A stretch of 64,000 nt of DNA from Bacteroidota bacterium (GTDB lineage Bacteria > Bacteroidota > Bacteroidia > Flavobacteriales_D > Crocinitomicaceae). Both the position numbers and the translations under genes were made by a program. Within the stretch, counting starts at the first letter, position 1, and every line of letters starts with the position of its first letter. This document shows, piece by piece, positions 20,728 to 29,823 of the stretch. The stretch is from the NCBI GenBank assembly GCA_039800945.1, contig JBDLPT010000026.1, forward strand, positions 37,120 through 101,119, read 5' to 3'. The notes beneath the pieces were generated by a model, which saw nothing but the letters and a program-made list of their open reading frames with translations, had not been told where the DNA came from and did no database searches.

Positions 20728-21831
20728 ATGAGCTATAACAACATACAGTTCTCCAAAGAACACAATTCAGAGTTTTACAAAACCCTGAAATCTAGAGTAA
20801 ACAGCTATTTCAAAGACAACCATATTTCAAAAAACGCCAATGGTGCAATGGTTTTTAAAACTATTGCGCTTTTAGCACTTTTCCTCATTCCCTACGGATT
20901 TCTATACTGGCAATCTTTGCCAAATCTTGCCTACATCGGCCTTTGGTTTGTAATGGGTCTTGGTATGGCCGGGGTTGGGCTTTCAGTAATGCACGACGCC
21001 AATCACGGTGCTTACTCTAAAAAAGACTGGATCAACACCCTTGTAAGCAACGTTATGATTATTCTTGGTGGAAGCGCAAGAAATTGGCGCATTCAACACA
21101 ATGTGTTGCACCACACCTATACAAATGTAACTGACCACGACGAAGACATCGACCCACCGGTTTTTGCGCTGCGTTTTTCTCCGCACTCACCTTATCACCC
21201 TATTCATAAATTCCAATACCTCTACGCTTGGTTTTTTTATGGCATGATGACGCTTTTTTGGTTCTTAACCAAAGACTACCAGCAAGCCTTCAGATACAAA
21301 AAGAAGAACCTTATTACCGCTCAAGGCGTCACCTTTACTCAACACATGATCGGTATCGTTTTCTTTAAAATTGTCTACGCATTCTTGTTTTTGTTTTTAC
21401 CCATCTATTACGGCGGAGCATCTTGGTTAGTCAATGCTTTAGGCTTCTTACTCATGCAATTTATTTGTGGTCTTATTTTGGCCATGATTTTTCAGCCCGC
21501 ACATGTTGTGCCTACCTCAACATTTCCTATGCCCAACGATTCTGGTGTAGTAGAGGCTGATTGGGCGGTTAGTCAACTTTACAACACTGCAAATTTTGCT
21601 CCTAAATCAACGTTCTTTTCTTGGTATGTAGGCGGATTAAATTATCAAGTTGAGCACCATTTGTTCCCTTCAATTTGTCATATTCACTACAATAAAATCT
21701 CTAAGATTGTAGAATCGACCGCTAAAGAATACAACCTTCCTTATCATTCCTATGAAACATTTATTGGTGCATTATCAGACCACACCAAAATGCTCAAAAA
21801 TCTAGGAAAAAAGGATCCTGTTATCGCATAA
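20728..21831 (+). CDS. membrane fatty-acid desaturase, front-end type, without a cytochrome b5 domain
   Basis: His boxes HDANH, HNVLHH and QVEHH. The Q-for-H substitution in the third box is characteristic of front-end desaturases. Confidence 0.75.
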   Translation: MSYNNIQFSKEHNSEFYKTLKSRVNSYFKDNHISKNANGAMVFKTIALLALFLIPYGFLYWQSLPNLAYIGLWFVMGLGMAGVGLSVMHDANHGAYSKKDWINTLVSNVMIILGGSARNWRIQHNVLHHTYTNVTDHDEDIDPPVFALRFSPHSPYHPIHKFQYLYAWFFYGMMTLFWFLTKDYQQAFRYKKKNLITAQGVTFTQHMIGIVFFKIVYAFLFLFLPIYYGGASWLVNALGFLLMQFICGLILAMIFQPAHVVPTSTFPMPNDSGVVEADWAVSQLYNTANFAPKSTFFSWYVGGLNYQVEHHLFPSICHIHYNKISKIVESTAKEYNLPYHSYETFIGALSDHTKMLKNLGKKDPVIA

Positions 21832-21832
21832 A

Positions 21833-22186
21833 ATGACCCTAGACACTTTGCATCAATATTGCATGCAAAAACAAGGGGTTGAACCTTGCTTTCCTTTTGA
21901 TCAAACCACCCTTGTTTTTAAGGTTTACGGCAAACTGTTTGCTTTGGTAGATGTAGACAAATTTGATAGCATCAATCTCAAATGCGACCCAGAAAAAGCT
22001 ATTGAACTCCGTGAAAGCTACATGGCTATTGAGGGAGGGTTTCACATGAATCATAAACACTGGAACACCATTCACTTCAACCAAGACGTTCCAGATCGCT
22101 TACTTTTTGAATTAATCGATCATTCCTATTTATTGGTTTATCAAGGTCTTCCTAAAAAATTCAGAAATGAAAATCCGCTTGGATAA
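21833..22186 (+). CDS. MmcQ/YjbR family DNA-binding protein
   Basis: 117 aa with a family-typical N-terminus (...CFPFDQTTLVFKVYGKLFALV...). Confidence 0.6.
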   Translation: MTLDTLHQYCMQKQGVEPCFPFDQTTLVFKVYGKLFALVDVDKFDSINLKCDPEKAIELRESYMAIEGGFHMNHKHWNTIHFNQDVPDRLLFELIDHSYLLVYQGLPKKFRNENPLG

Positions 22187-22550
22187 ATATGTTTGGTGTG
22201 TTCGGATTACCAAAACCCGATCTCAGGCAACAGATTTGGTGTCTAAGGGAAGAATCCAATTAAATGGCGCTAATGTAAAGCCTTCGCGTGAAATCAAGAT
22301 CAAGGATAAAATTCAAGTGTTTAAACACAACGCGGTCTTTACATTTGAAGTGCTGGACTTACTCGATAAAAGAGTTGGGCCCCCGTTGGTAAAAGAATAC
22401 ATCGTGGACCTAACACCAGAAGAAGAAATTCAGAAGCTGAAGATTTACCAAGAAGCACAAAGAAATTACCGCCTAACCGATGGTAAACCCACCAAAAAAG
22501 ACCGCAGAGAACTCGATAAATTCCTCGATGATTGGTCTGAAATCAATTGA
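22167..22550 (+). CDS. S4-domain RNA-binding protein (Hsp15/HslR-like)
   Basis: S4 motif at the N-terminus: RLDKYVWCVRITKTRSQATDLVSKGRIQLNG. Confidence 0.65.
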   Translation: MKIRLDKYVWCVRITKTRSQATDLVSKGRIQLNGANVKPSREIKIKDKIQVFKHNAVFTFEVLDLLDKRVGPPLVKEYIVDLTPEEEIQKLKIYQEAQRNYRLTDGKPTKKDRRELDKFLDDWSEIN

Positions 22551-23493
22551 TTTCATCTGCCAGTATTTTATCGGCTAAAACCGCACTCAATTTTATATAA
22601 CTCTGTGTTGTCCAACCTCCTACATGTGGAGACAACAGTACATTTTTTGCTGCAATCAAGTATGAGAATGCTTCTGGTAGTTCTTGTTCAAAAAAGGCCT
22701 CAAAGCTTTTTGATTCATATTCCAAAACATCTAGGCCTGCACCTTTAATTTTACCACTTTTTAACCCTTCAACAAGCGCTGATGTGTCTACAATTTTGCC
22801 TCTTGATAAATTCAGAAGATAAAATGGTTTTTGAACAGAATTCAGAAAAGCAGCGTCAAAATAATATTTTGTTTCTTTGTTTTGAGGGATGTGAAAACTG
22901 ATCACATCGGCTTGTTCTAATACAGAATTAAGCGTACACTCGTGTACAAAATGATCTCCAAAACCTGTTTTGTATTTGTCGTATGCCACAACCTTTACAT
23001 CAAATCCACGGAGTTTTTTAGCGAATGCGGCACCATTATTTCCGTAACCAATGATGCCCACAGTTTTACCATCTAGTTCTTCTCCTCGATTTTCATCCCG
23101 TTTCCAAATCCCTGAACGAATTTCCTGATCGGCCTTGTTTAAATTATTTAGTAACGAAAGCAACATACCTAAAGCATGTTCGGCAACCGCGTTTCGATTT
23201 CCTTCCGGTGAATTATAAACTCGAATTGCGCGCTCTTTACAACTTTTTAAATCGATATTTTCTAAACCAGATCCTGAGCGTGCAATAAATTGAAGTTTTG
23301 GGCAATGTGCTAAAAATTCTGGATCAATTGTAAATCTTGACCGTATAACGATGCCGTATGCGTTTTTTAAATCTGGCAACAGATTTTCAAAACTGGATTG
23401 AGTATGGTTTATACATTTCATTCCGTTTTGTAAAAGACGCTCTTCAAGCACTGGGTGGACGCTATCAATAAAAATTATGTTGCGGTCGTTCAT
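22543..23493 (-). CDS. D-isomer-specific 2-hydroxyacid dehydrogenase (phosphoglycerate dehydrogenase-like)
   Basis: NAD-binding GIIGYGNNGAAFAKKL and catalytic-domain pattern. Confidence 0.75.
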   Translation of the reverse strand: MNDRNIIFIDSVHPVLEERLLQNGMKCINHTQSSFENLLPDLKNAYGIVIRSRFTIDPEFLAHCPKLQFIARSGSGLENIDLKSCKERAIRVYNSPEGNRNAVAEHALGMLLSLLNNLNKADQEIRSGIWKRDENRGEELDGKTVGIIGYGNNGAAFAKKLRGFDVKVVAYDKYKTGFGDHFVHECTLNSVLEQADVISFHIPQNKETKYYFDAAFLNSVQKPFYLLNLSRGKIVDTSALVEGLKSGKIKGAGLDVLEYESKSFEAFFEQELPEAFSYLIAAKNVLLSPHVGGWTTQSYIKLSAVLADKILADEIN

Positions 23494-23504
23494 TAGATAA
23501 AGGT

Positions 23505-23633
23505 ATCGATTTTTATCCTAGATGCTGAAAAAGCGGGTAAAACACGCTTGTTTTAATCGATTTTCTCGTGTTATCCGGTGTGATTCCAACAAAAAGCTAT
23601 TTAAACGCGCTTAAAACGCTTTAAAACACGCTT
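23505..23633. repeat. short direct repeats in the mnmG-downstream spacer
   Basis: ATCGATTTT at 23505 and 23556. TTATCC at 23513 and 23571. TAAAACACGCTT at 23538 and 23622. Also TTAAACGCGC/TTAAAACGCT/TTAAAACACGCT in tandem at 23601-23632. Confidence 0.6.
23528..23549 (-). terminator. possible weak terminator downstream of mnmG
   Basis: Minus strand reads AAGCGTG-tttta-CCCGCTT followed by TTT. The stem has one mismatch. Confidence 0.3.
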
Positions 23634-25504
23634 TAGCGACCCAAATGGATCAACAAGACAGAAATATCGCTTGGGGAGACACCTGAAACACGCGCAGCCT
23701 GACCAATTGTGGTTGGTCTTATTTTTGAAAGTTTTTCTTTTGCTTCGATACTCAAGCTTTTTATTTGGCGATAATCCACCTCATCAGAAATCTTGACGTT
23801 TTCCAAACGTTGTAATTTTTGAGCCTGTTCTTCCTCTCTTTCGATATAGCCTTCATACTTCAAAAGTATCTCTGCTTGTTCTACCGCCAGTGGATCTTTA
23901 AGGTTAATTTCAGTTACCAACTCTTTAATTGATTCACTAACCGAAACCAAATCTTCAAGAGTAATGTGTGGTCTTGTGATCAAACTACTCGCTTTGACTT
24001 GCTGGGTAATTGGTGTTGAATCTTTTTGTTCAAGCATTGGGTTTGCTTCAGCAGGAGTAACCCCCACTTCCCTTAACTTCTTTTTTAGAATTTGCGTTTG
24101 TTCTTTTTTGAATTCAACTTTTTTAAGCGCGCTGTCATCAGCCAAACCAATCTGATGCCCCAAAGGAGTGAGGCGTTCATCAGCATTGTCTTGTCTTAAT
24201 AATATTCTAAATTCAGCTCTACTAGTAAACATTCTATAAGGCTCGTTTGTACCCTTAGTAATTAAGTCATCTATTAATACACCAATGTATGCTTCGCTTC
24301 TTGAAAGTATAAACGGATCTTTTTCACTTACTTTTTGATGGGCATTTATTCCCGCAATTAATCCCTGACAAGCTGCTTCTTCGTAACCCGTGGTTCCATT
24401 TATTTGACCCGCAAAAAACAAGTTATCGATTAACTTCGTTTCTAATGTGTGCTTTAATTGAGTAGGTGGAAAATAGTCGTATTCTATCGCGTACCCAGGT
24501 CTAAACATTTTAGCTTTTTCAAACCCCGGAATACTTTTTAAAGCTAAATCTTGTACATCTTCTGGCAAAGAAGTTGAAAAGCCATTTACATATATCTCAA
24601 CAGTGTTCCAGCCTTCCGGCTCAACAAAAATTTGGTGTCTATCTCTATCTGCAAATCGAGAGATTTTATCTTCAATACTAGGGCAATATCTAGGGCCTGA
24701 GCTTTTAATTGCACCATTAAACATTGGAGAACGATCAAACCCAGTTCTCAAAAGCTCATGGGTTCTTTCATTGGTATAAGTTATATGACAAGGGAGTTGC
24801 TTGGCTAACGCAGGCGTTTCTCCGTAACTAAATTTAGAAGGGTTTTCATCACCTTCTTGAATTTCCATTTTTGAATAATCTAGACTTCTACCATCTACCC
24901 TTGGGGGTGTTCCGGTTTTCATTCTACCTGATTCAAAACCTAAACCAACTAAAGATTCTGTGAGTCCAACAGCTGCTTTTTCAGCTGCTCTTCCTCCGCC
25001 AAACTGTTTTTCACCGAGGTGAATTAGACCATTTAGGAAGGTCCCGTTTGTAAGCACCACTGCCGAGGCGTATACTTTTGTGCCCATTGAAAGCTCAACG
25101 CCTAATACCTTATTATCTTCAGTAATAATGCCCACACACATGTCTTGCCAAAAATCAACATTTGGGTTTTGTTCTAATAAATATCTCCATTCTAAAGAAA
25201 ACAAAACCCTATCATTTTGGGTTCTTGGAGACCACATTGCTGGGCCCTTGGATCGATTGAGCATCCTAAATTGAATAGCGCTCTTGTCACTAATTATTCC
25301 TGAACCCCCTCCTAAAGCATCTATTTCTCGGACGATTTGACCCTTTGCCACACCGCCCATAGCTGGGTTACAACTCATTTGAGCAATGGTGTTCATGTTC
25401 ATGGTTACCAACAACACGCGACTACCCATTTTAGCTGCGGCATTAGCGGCTTCACAACCGGCATGACCGGCACCAACTACAATTACATCGTATTTACCTA
25501 ACAT
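23633..25504 (-). CDS. mnmG: tRNA uridine 5-carboxymethylaminomethyl modification enzyme MnmG (GidA)
   Basis: FAD-binding [14 protein letters not shown] and highly conserved MnmG sequence throughout. Confidence 0.97.
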   Translation of the reverse strand: MLGKYDVIVVGAGHAGCEAANAAAKMGSRVLLVTMNMNTIAQMSCNPAMGGVAKGQIVREIDALGGGSGIISDKSAIQFRMLNRSKGPAMWSPRTQNDRVLFSLEWRYLLEQNPNVDFWQDMCVGIITEDNKVLGVELSMGTKVYASAVVLTNGTFLNGLIHLGEKQFGGGRAAEKAAVGLTESLVGLGFESGRMKTGTPPRVDGRSLDYSKMEIQEGDENPSKFSYGETPALAKQLPCHITYTNERTHELLRTGFDRSPMFNGAIKSSGPRYCPSIEDKISRFADRDRHQIFVEPEGWNTVEIYVNGFSTSLPEDVQDLALKSIPGFEKAKMFRPGYAIEYDYFPPTQLKHTLETKLIDNLFFAGQINGTTGYEEAACQGLIAGINAHQKVSEKDPFILSRSEAYIGVLIDDLITKGTNEPYRMFTSRAEFRILLRQDNADERLTPLGHQIGLADDSALKKVEFKKEQTQILKKKLREVGVTPAEANPMLEQKDSTPITQQVKASSLITRPHITLEDLVSVSESIKELVTEINLKDPLAVEQAEILLKYEGYIEREEEQAQKLQRLENVKISDEVDYRQIKSLSIEAKEKLSKIRPTTIGQAARVSGVSPSDISVLLIHLGR

Positions 25505-25516
25505 ATTACCGAGGAA

Positions 25517-25532
25517 TGTTTCACGTGAAACA
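25517..25532. other. parS site (ParB/Spo0J binding), perfect palindrome TGTTTCACGTGAAACA
   Basis: Exact match to the consensus tGTTNCACGTGAAACa. It lies in the 41-bp ybeY-mnmG spacer. Confidence 0.75.
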
Positions 25533-25545
25533 ACAGTTCTTTATT

Positions 25546-25977
25546 CTAATTTGTTCCACGTGGAACAAATAAATTTAAATAATGATTTTCTTTAGAGCGC
25601 ATCAATTTTTCATCAGCAGCGCTTTTATCTTTGTATCCACATAGGTGCAATAAACCATGAAAAACCACGCGGTGCAGTTCTTCTTCAAAAGTGGCTTTAA
25701 GAGAATCGGCGTTTTCTTTTACGCGATCTAATGATATCATAATATCACCTGAAACTACTGCTTCTTGAGAATAATCAAAAGTGATTACATCTGTATAATA
25801 ATCGTGATCGAGGTATTGCTTATTGACTTCAAGTAGATATTCATCATCTGTGAACACCACACTTATGTCACCAATTTCTTTAGACTCGAGATGAGCTAAC
25901 TGTTTTAAAAAGTTTTTTAACTCTTTTTTAGAAATAAAAGGGGGAATTTTAACACCCAGATTAAGAATCTGAATCAT
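25546..25977 (-). CDS. ybeY: rRNA maturation RNase YbeY
   Basis: Metal-binding HGLLHLCGYKD motif. 143 aa. Confidence 0.9.
   Translation of the reverse strand: MIQILNLGVKIPPFISKKELKNFLKQLAHLESKEIGDISVVFTDDEYLLEVNKQYLDHDYYTDVITFDYSQEAVVSGDIMISLDRVKENADSLKATFEEELHRVVFHGLLHLCGYKDKSAADEKLMRSKENHYLNLFVPRGTN
25552..25567. other. second parS-like site TGTTCCACGTGGAACA
   Basis: Core of the 22-bp perfect palindrome ATTTGTTCCACGTGGAACAAAT (25549-25570). Each half matches the TGTTCCAC half-site. It lies inside the last codons of ybeY. Confidence 0.6.
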
Positions 25978-26387
25978 TTCTGAAAATAGAGATTTACGGT
26001 GTTACCATCATTTACAAACTCTACATCATCTGCAAGGTTCTTCATTAAGAAAACACCTCTACCACTTTCTTTGAAAATATTTTCTGGGGCTGTTGGGTCG
26101 GGTAGGCCTTCAAAATCAAAGCCTTTTCCTTGATCTTTAACTTGAATACAAAACGAACTAGGTTCGTTTAAAACACTTATTGTAACGTTTAAGTCAGGGT
26201 TGTTTTGATTACCATGAGAAATAGCATTATTAACAGCCTCAGACACTGCTATTAAAACATTTCCATAAGCTTCTTCATTGATGCCTAGATCCTGGCAAAC
26301 TGTACCTACCAATTTTTCAACATCTATAAGTGATTGATAATCAGATGGTAAAACTAATTCCTTTACAATATTGAGTCCTTCTTTCAT
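25974..26387 (-). CDS. RsbW/SpoIIAB-like anti-sigma-factor serine kinase (HATPase_c only)
   Basis: N-box EAVNNAISHG, and G-boxes DQGKGFD and GRGVFLM. 137 aa. ATGA overlap with ybeY. Confidence 0.7.
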   Translation of the reverse strand: MKEGLNIVKELVLPSDYQSLIDVEKLVGTVCQDLGINEEAYGNVLIAVSEAVNNAISHGNQNNPDLNVTISVLNEPSSFCIQVKDQGKGFDFEGLPDPTAPENIFKESGRGVFLMKNLADDVEFVNDGNTVNLYFQK

Positions 26388-26404
26388 AAGCTAAAAGTCT
26401 GGAA

Positions 26405-29400
26405 TTACTGCTGAAGATATTGGTCTGCACGCTGCTTGTAATAAGGCTGTAATGCTGGATCAAAACCCTTCAAAAGTTCAAGATCATTCCATTTTGACCT
26501 TTTATACTCTTCAAATCTAATTTGGTTACCTTTTTGCTCATCTTTTCCAGACTTTGATTCTCTTTTTTCTTCAAAGCCTCTTTGCATCATAGCTTTTTCG
26601 CTTTCTAACAAACGAGTTAAGATTTCTTTCTGGCGTTCTATTGTTTGCTGATTCACTCTTTTCAGTAGTAAATCCTTTTCTTGCTCTTCTAATTCTTTCA
26701 ATAATGGATTGAGCTGATTACCTAACCCTTTACCTTCTTTATTGAGTTCTTGACGCAATTGTTCAATACGTTGTCTGATAGCGGTTTGCTCAGCGGCCAT
26801 TTTTGCCAATTCTTTACTTCCTAAACCTAACATTCCTTGACCCGGTTTACCTTCTTTACCTGGAGTAGAACCCGGTTGCTGACCCGGCTCTTTTCCTCCT
26901 GGTTGAGCACCTTTTTGCATTTGTTCGAGTTGCTTTTTTAACATCTCTTTCATATCGCCTGGTTGCATAGATTGACCAGATTTTGGTCTTCCTTTTCCTG
27001 GGTTATCACAACTTCCGCTACCCTCCATTTCACCACTCATTTGTTGCTGCATAGATTGCAAGGCTTCATTCAACAACAAAGCAAGATTATTATAGGAGGT
27101 CATGACCAATTGTTGATGTTTTTCTATCTCCTTTTTTTGATGGTCATCTATGGCCTCTATAGATAATTTATGATGATAGGCAATTGAATTTAATTCGGCA
27201 TCGATAAAAGTGGCAATCTTGGGTTGTCTTTTTGCAAGTGCCAATAAACTGTCTTTAATGATTTTAGTATCGTCAATTATTCTTTGTTGTCTTCTACCTA
27301 ATTTTCGATACATCGGATCTTTGGTACTGACTTTTATGAAGCGTTTTTGCACGTATTCTTGGTCAAAACTTAAGGTTAATAAACCCTCTAGAATTGCCCT
27401 AAGTGCATCCATATCTTCTTCTTGCTGCTGCTTATTTGATTTCTGCTGCTTGGCATTCAATTGCGCAGACATTGATTTCATGCCATCGGCAGCTTGTTTT
27501 TGATTTTCACTTGCCTTCTTATTTTTTCCTTCGGAAATCTCTTCTTTTGCCTCTTTCAAGTCTTGATCAACTTGCTGTTGTAAAGATTCCATTATGTCTA
27601 AATCTAGTGGTCTCTCGAGGGCTTTATTCAATTCATTGAGTTCTTTTAAATCCTTCTTTATTTCTTCAAATTTCTGATTGAGCTCTTCTTGTTTTTTAAG
27701 TAACTCTTCTTTATCCAAATCTTTGGCTTCTTTTTCTAAATCGAGTTGTTCATCTGCCAAAGATTCTAATTGCTTTTCTAAGTCATCTATCCGCTCATTC
27801 ACTTGCATCTTTTTGAGCATTTCCAGACTTCTGTCAAGTTGTTTTTTCATGTCTTCACTCGACTGATTCAACTCTTCTAGCTTTTCTTTGACGTCCTCTT
27901 TGTTTTGCTCCGATAACATTTTTTGAAGCTCATCTAAGAGTTTTTTTAATTCTTCATCCATTACTTCATTGAGTAATTGTTCTAGTAATTCTTGCTTTTC
28001 TAAAAGCTCTTTATCGATGGGCGATAATTGATTTTTTTCTTGAGTACTTTGCTCCATTTTCTGGAGTGTTTCTTTCAATTCTTGTTGTAATTGTTCTTGC
28101 TGTTGTTGCAACTCTTGAACCTTATTGAGTTTATTCCAATCTGTGTTTTTACTTTGTAAGGTTTCCGTTTTGAGTTGTTGGATATCTTTCTGAAATTCTT
28201 GTGTCTTTTTCAAAACATCTTTGATTTCATTGATTTGATTTCCTTGCTCTTCCTGTCGTTTTTCAATTAACTCTTCTAGATTAGGAAGTTCATAAATATT
28301 TACATCACTTTTTGTTGATTTACTTCCGTTTACACCGTCATTATCACTCACCACAAAATAATACTTAATGACATCAGATAATTGAATTTTTTCTCTTCGA
28401 AAATCTACGGCAAAATCAAATTTTTGAGCAGTACCTTTTACAGGTTGCACAGGCATTCTCTCGGTTCTTTTAGTACCATTTTTACTCTCAATAGTGTAAA
28501 CAAATTGAAGATGATTTAAACCATAATCATCTCTGACAGAACCTGAGAAATACTTTCTTCCATCTACAATACTATCTTGTTGTTCGAATACCTCAATAAT
28601 AGGAAAGGCATCTTTAATTACGGTAATTTTTGAAGAACTCGTGTCTGTTTTACCAGTTTGAGCATTTGTCAAGATGAAATTTAATTTTACGTCTTGATTA
28701 AGTCGTTTTTTAAAAGTAAAGAAATCAGAAGTAAATATTTCTTTGATACCATTCCATGCTACCTCTATTGATTTTGCATTTTTTGATCGGACCTCCCATT
28801 GTAATTCAGTTCCTTCTGGTAAACTTAAATCACCCACATTTTTAATAATTTGCTTGGGTTTGTTTAAGTATTTAGGAAAAATACAAATAGCATTTAAAGT
28901 ACCAATAACCGATTTTTTAGTGACTCGGATGTGTTGAGTTGCGCTGTTAAACTCATTGGTAGTTACATGAAATGCTGTAGATTCTTGTAATTGTTGAATC
29001 TTACCAATAAATTTATTTCGAGTAAGTTTTTTCATGAGAAACTTACCATTATTTGAAATCAAATAAAGATCTTTTGGTAACTCATTATAACCAACATTTG
29101 GTTTCACAATTACTTCAACTGTGTAATCTTGTCCTTCTTCTATGCTTCCTTTTTGATTTATAAAATCAAATAAATACGGACTCGGTATTTGATATTCTTT
29201 ACTGAAATTGACCACTCTTTTTGTTCCTTGAGTAAGCAATTGTGGGATAAAAATGGCGACAGAAATAAATAAAATAAAGAGAGGTAGTAAATATTTCAAG
29301 TATACCCTATGATCCTTGTAATTGATCGCAGTATGAAATGCGATGAGTTTTAATTTATCTGAGCGCTGCGCGACACTAGCTTTTAAAAGATCAATGTTTC

Positions 29401-29770
29401 CAGTATTAGATTCTATATCTTGATAAAGCTGAAGGGTGTTTTTCAATTTATCTGAAACTTCTGGAAAGAAGGTTCCAATGATTTCAGCAGCCTGAAGGTG
29501 ATTTATTTTCTCTCCAATAGAAAATAATTTAGCTATAGGTTTTAAAATCAACCAAATAAGGAAATATGCATGGAGAATTAAAAATCCAAAAAATAAAACA
29601 GCTCTTACTGGAGTGGAAAATCTTCCAAAAAATTCTAATGAAGAGGTCAGAAGAAAACTCAGTAGAAAAAACAATAAAAACAGTAAAATTCCTCTGAGCA
29701 ATTGATACTTGTAATACTTCCGAATGAAAGCATCCAACTGATCTAAAAGTGAAGAATAATTTGAATTCAT
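26405..29770 (-). CDS. 1121-aa membrane protein with a beta-rich ectodomain and a long coiled coil (DUF4175-like)
   Basis: Three predicted TM helices in the first ~180 aa. A beta-rich region spans ~190-500. An E/K/Q/L coiled coil spans ~500-790. A G/P/Q/K low-complexity tract lies near the C-terminus. The family name is from recollection. Confidence 0.5.
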   Translation of the reverse strand: MNSNYSSLLDQLDAFIRKYYKYQLLRGILLFLLFFLLSFLLTSSLEFFGRFSTPVRAVLFFGFLILHAYFLIWLILKPIAKLFSIGEKINHLQAAEIIGTFFPEVSDKLKNTLQLYQDIESNTGNIDLLKASVAQRSDKLKLIAFHTAINYKDHRVYLKYLLPLFILFISVAIFIPQLLTQGTKRVVNFSKEYQIPSPYLFDFINQKGSIEEGQDYTVEVIVKPNVGYNELPKDLYLISNNGKFLMKKLTRNKFIGKIQQLQESTAFHVTTNEFNSATQHIRVTKKSVIGTLNAICIFPKYLNKPKQIIKNVGDLSLPEGTELQWEVRSKNAKSIEVAWNGIKEIFTSDFFTFKKRLNQDVKLNFILTNAQTGKTDTSSSKITVIKDAFPIIEVFEQQDSIVDGRKYFSGSVRDDYGLNHLQFVYTIESKNGTKRTERMPVQPVKGTAQKFDFAVDFRREKIQLSDVIKYYFVVSDNDGVNGSKSTKSDVNIYELPNLEELIEKRQEEQGNQINEIKDVLKKTQEFQKDIQQLKTETLQSKNTDWNKLNKVQELQQQQEQLQQELKETLQKMEQSTQEKNQLSPIDKELLEKQELLEQLLNEVMDEELKKLLDELQKMLSEQNKEDVKEKLEELNQSSEDMKKQLDRSLEMLKKMQVNERIDDLEKQLESLADEQLDLEKEAKDLDKEELLKKQEELNQKFEEIKKDLKELNELNKALERPLDLDIMESLQQQVDQDLKEAKEEISEGKNKKASENQKQAADGMKSMSAQLNAKQQKSNKQQQEEDMDALRAILEGLLTLSFDQEYVQKRFIKVSTKDPMYRKLGRRQQRIIDDTKIIKDSLLALAKRQPKIATFIDAELNSIAYHHKLSIEAIDDHQKKEIEKHQQLVMTSYNNLALLLNEALQSMQQQMSGEMEGSGSCDNPGKGRPKSGQSMQPGDMKEMLKKQLEQMQKGAQPGGKEPGQQPGSTPGKEGKPGQGMLGLGSKELAKMAAEQTAIRQRIEQLRQELNKEGKGLGNQLNPLLKELEEQEKDLLLKRVNQQTIERQKEILTRLLESEKAMMQRGFEEKRESKSGKDEQKGNQIRFEEYKRSKWNDLELLKGFDPALQPYYKQRADQYLQQ

Positions 29771-29801
29771 AATGTAAAGCTACTATTTCAAACTTGAGAG
29801 A

Positions 29802-29809
29802 CAAAATTA
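29802..29809 (-). promoter_or_regulatory. candidate sigma-A -7 box TAATTTTG for the DUF4175-like gene
   Basis: Exact TAnnTTTG on the minus strand, 31 nt upstream of the ATG at 29770. It is fused to the TTAGCT/AGCTAA palindrome. Confidence 0.45.
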
Positions 29810-29823
29810 GCTATCCAAGCTAA
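29807..29823. promoter_or_regulatory. palindrome TTAGCT-atcca-AGCTAA (candidate operator)
   Basis: Exact 6-bp inverted arms with an N5 spacer, overlapping the -7 box of the DUF4175-like gene. Confidence 0.45.

Noticed and set aside
23513-23576. TTATCC half-boxes next to mnmG as DnaA boxes or oriC
   Set aside because: Both copies (TTATCCTAG, TTATCCGGT) lack the CACA half of TTATCCACA. The spacer is only 139 bp and is not AT-rich.
26963-27866. Four plus-strand ORFs (62-97 aa) inside the DUF4175-like gene
   Set aside because: They are antisense images of the repetitive E/K/Q/L coiled-coil codons, which yield S/F/L/C-rich low-complexity strings. This is typical shadow-ORF behaviour.
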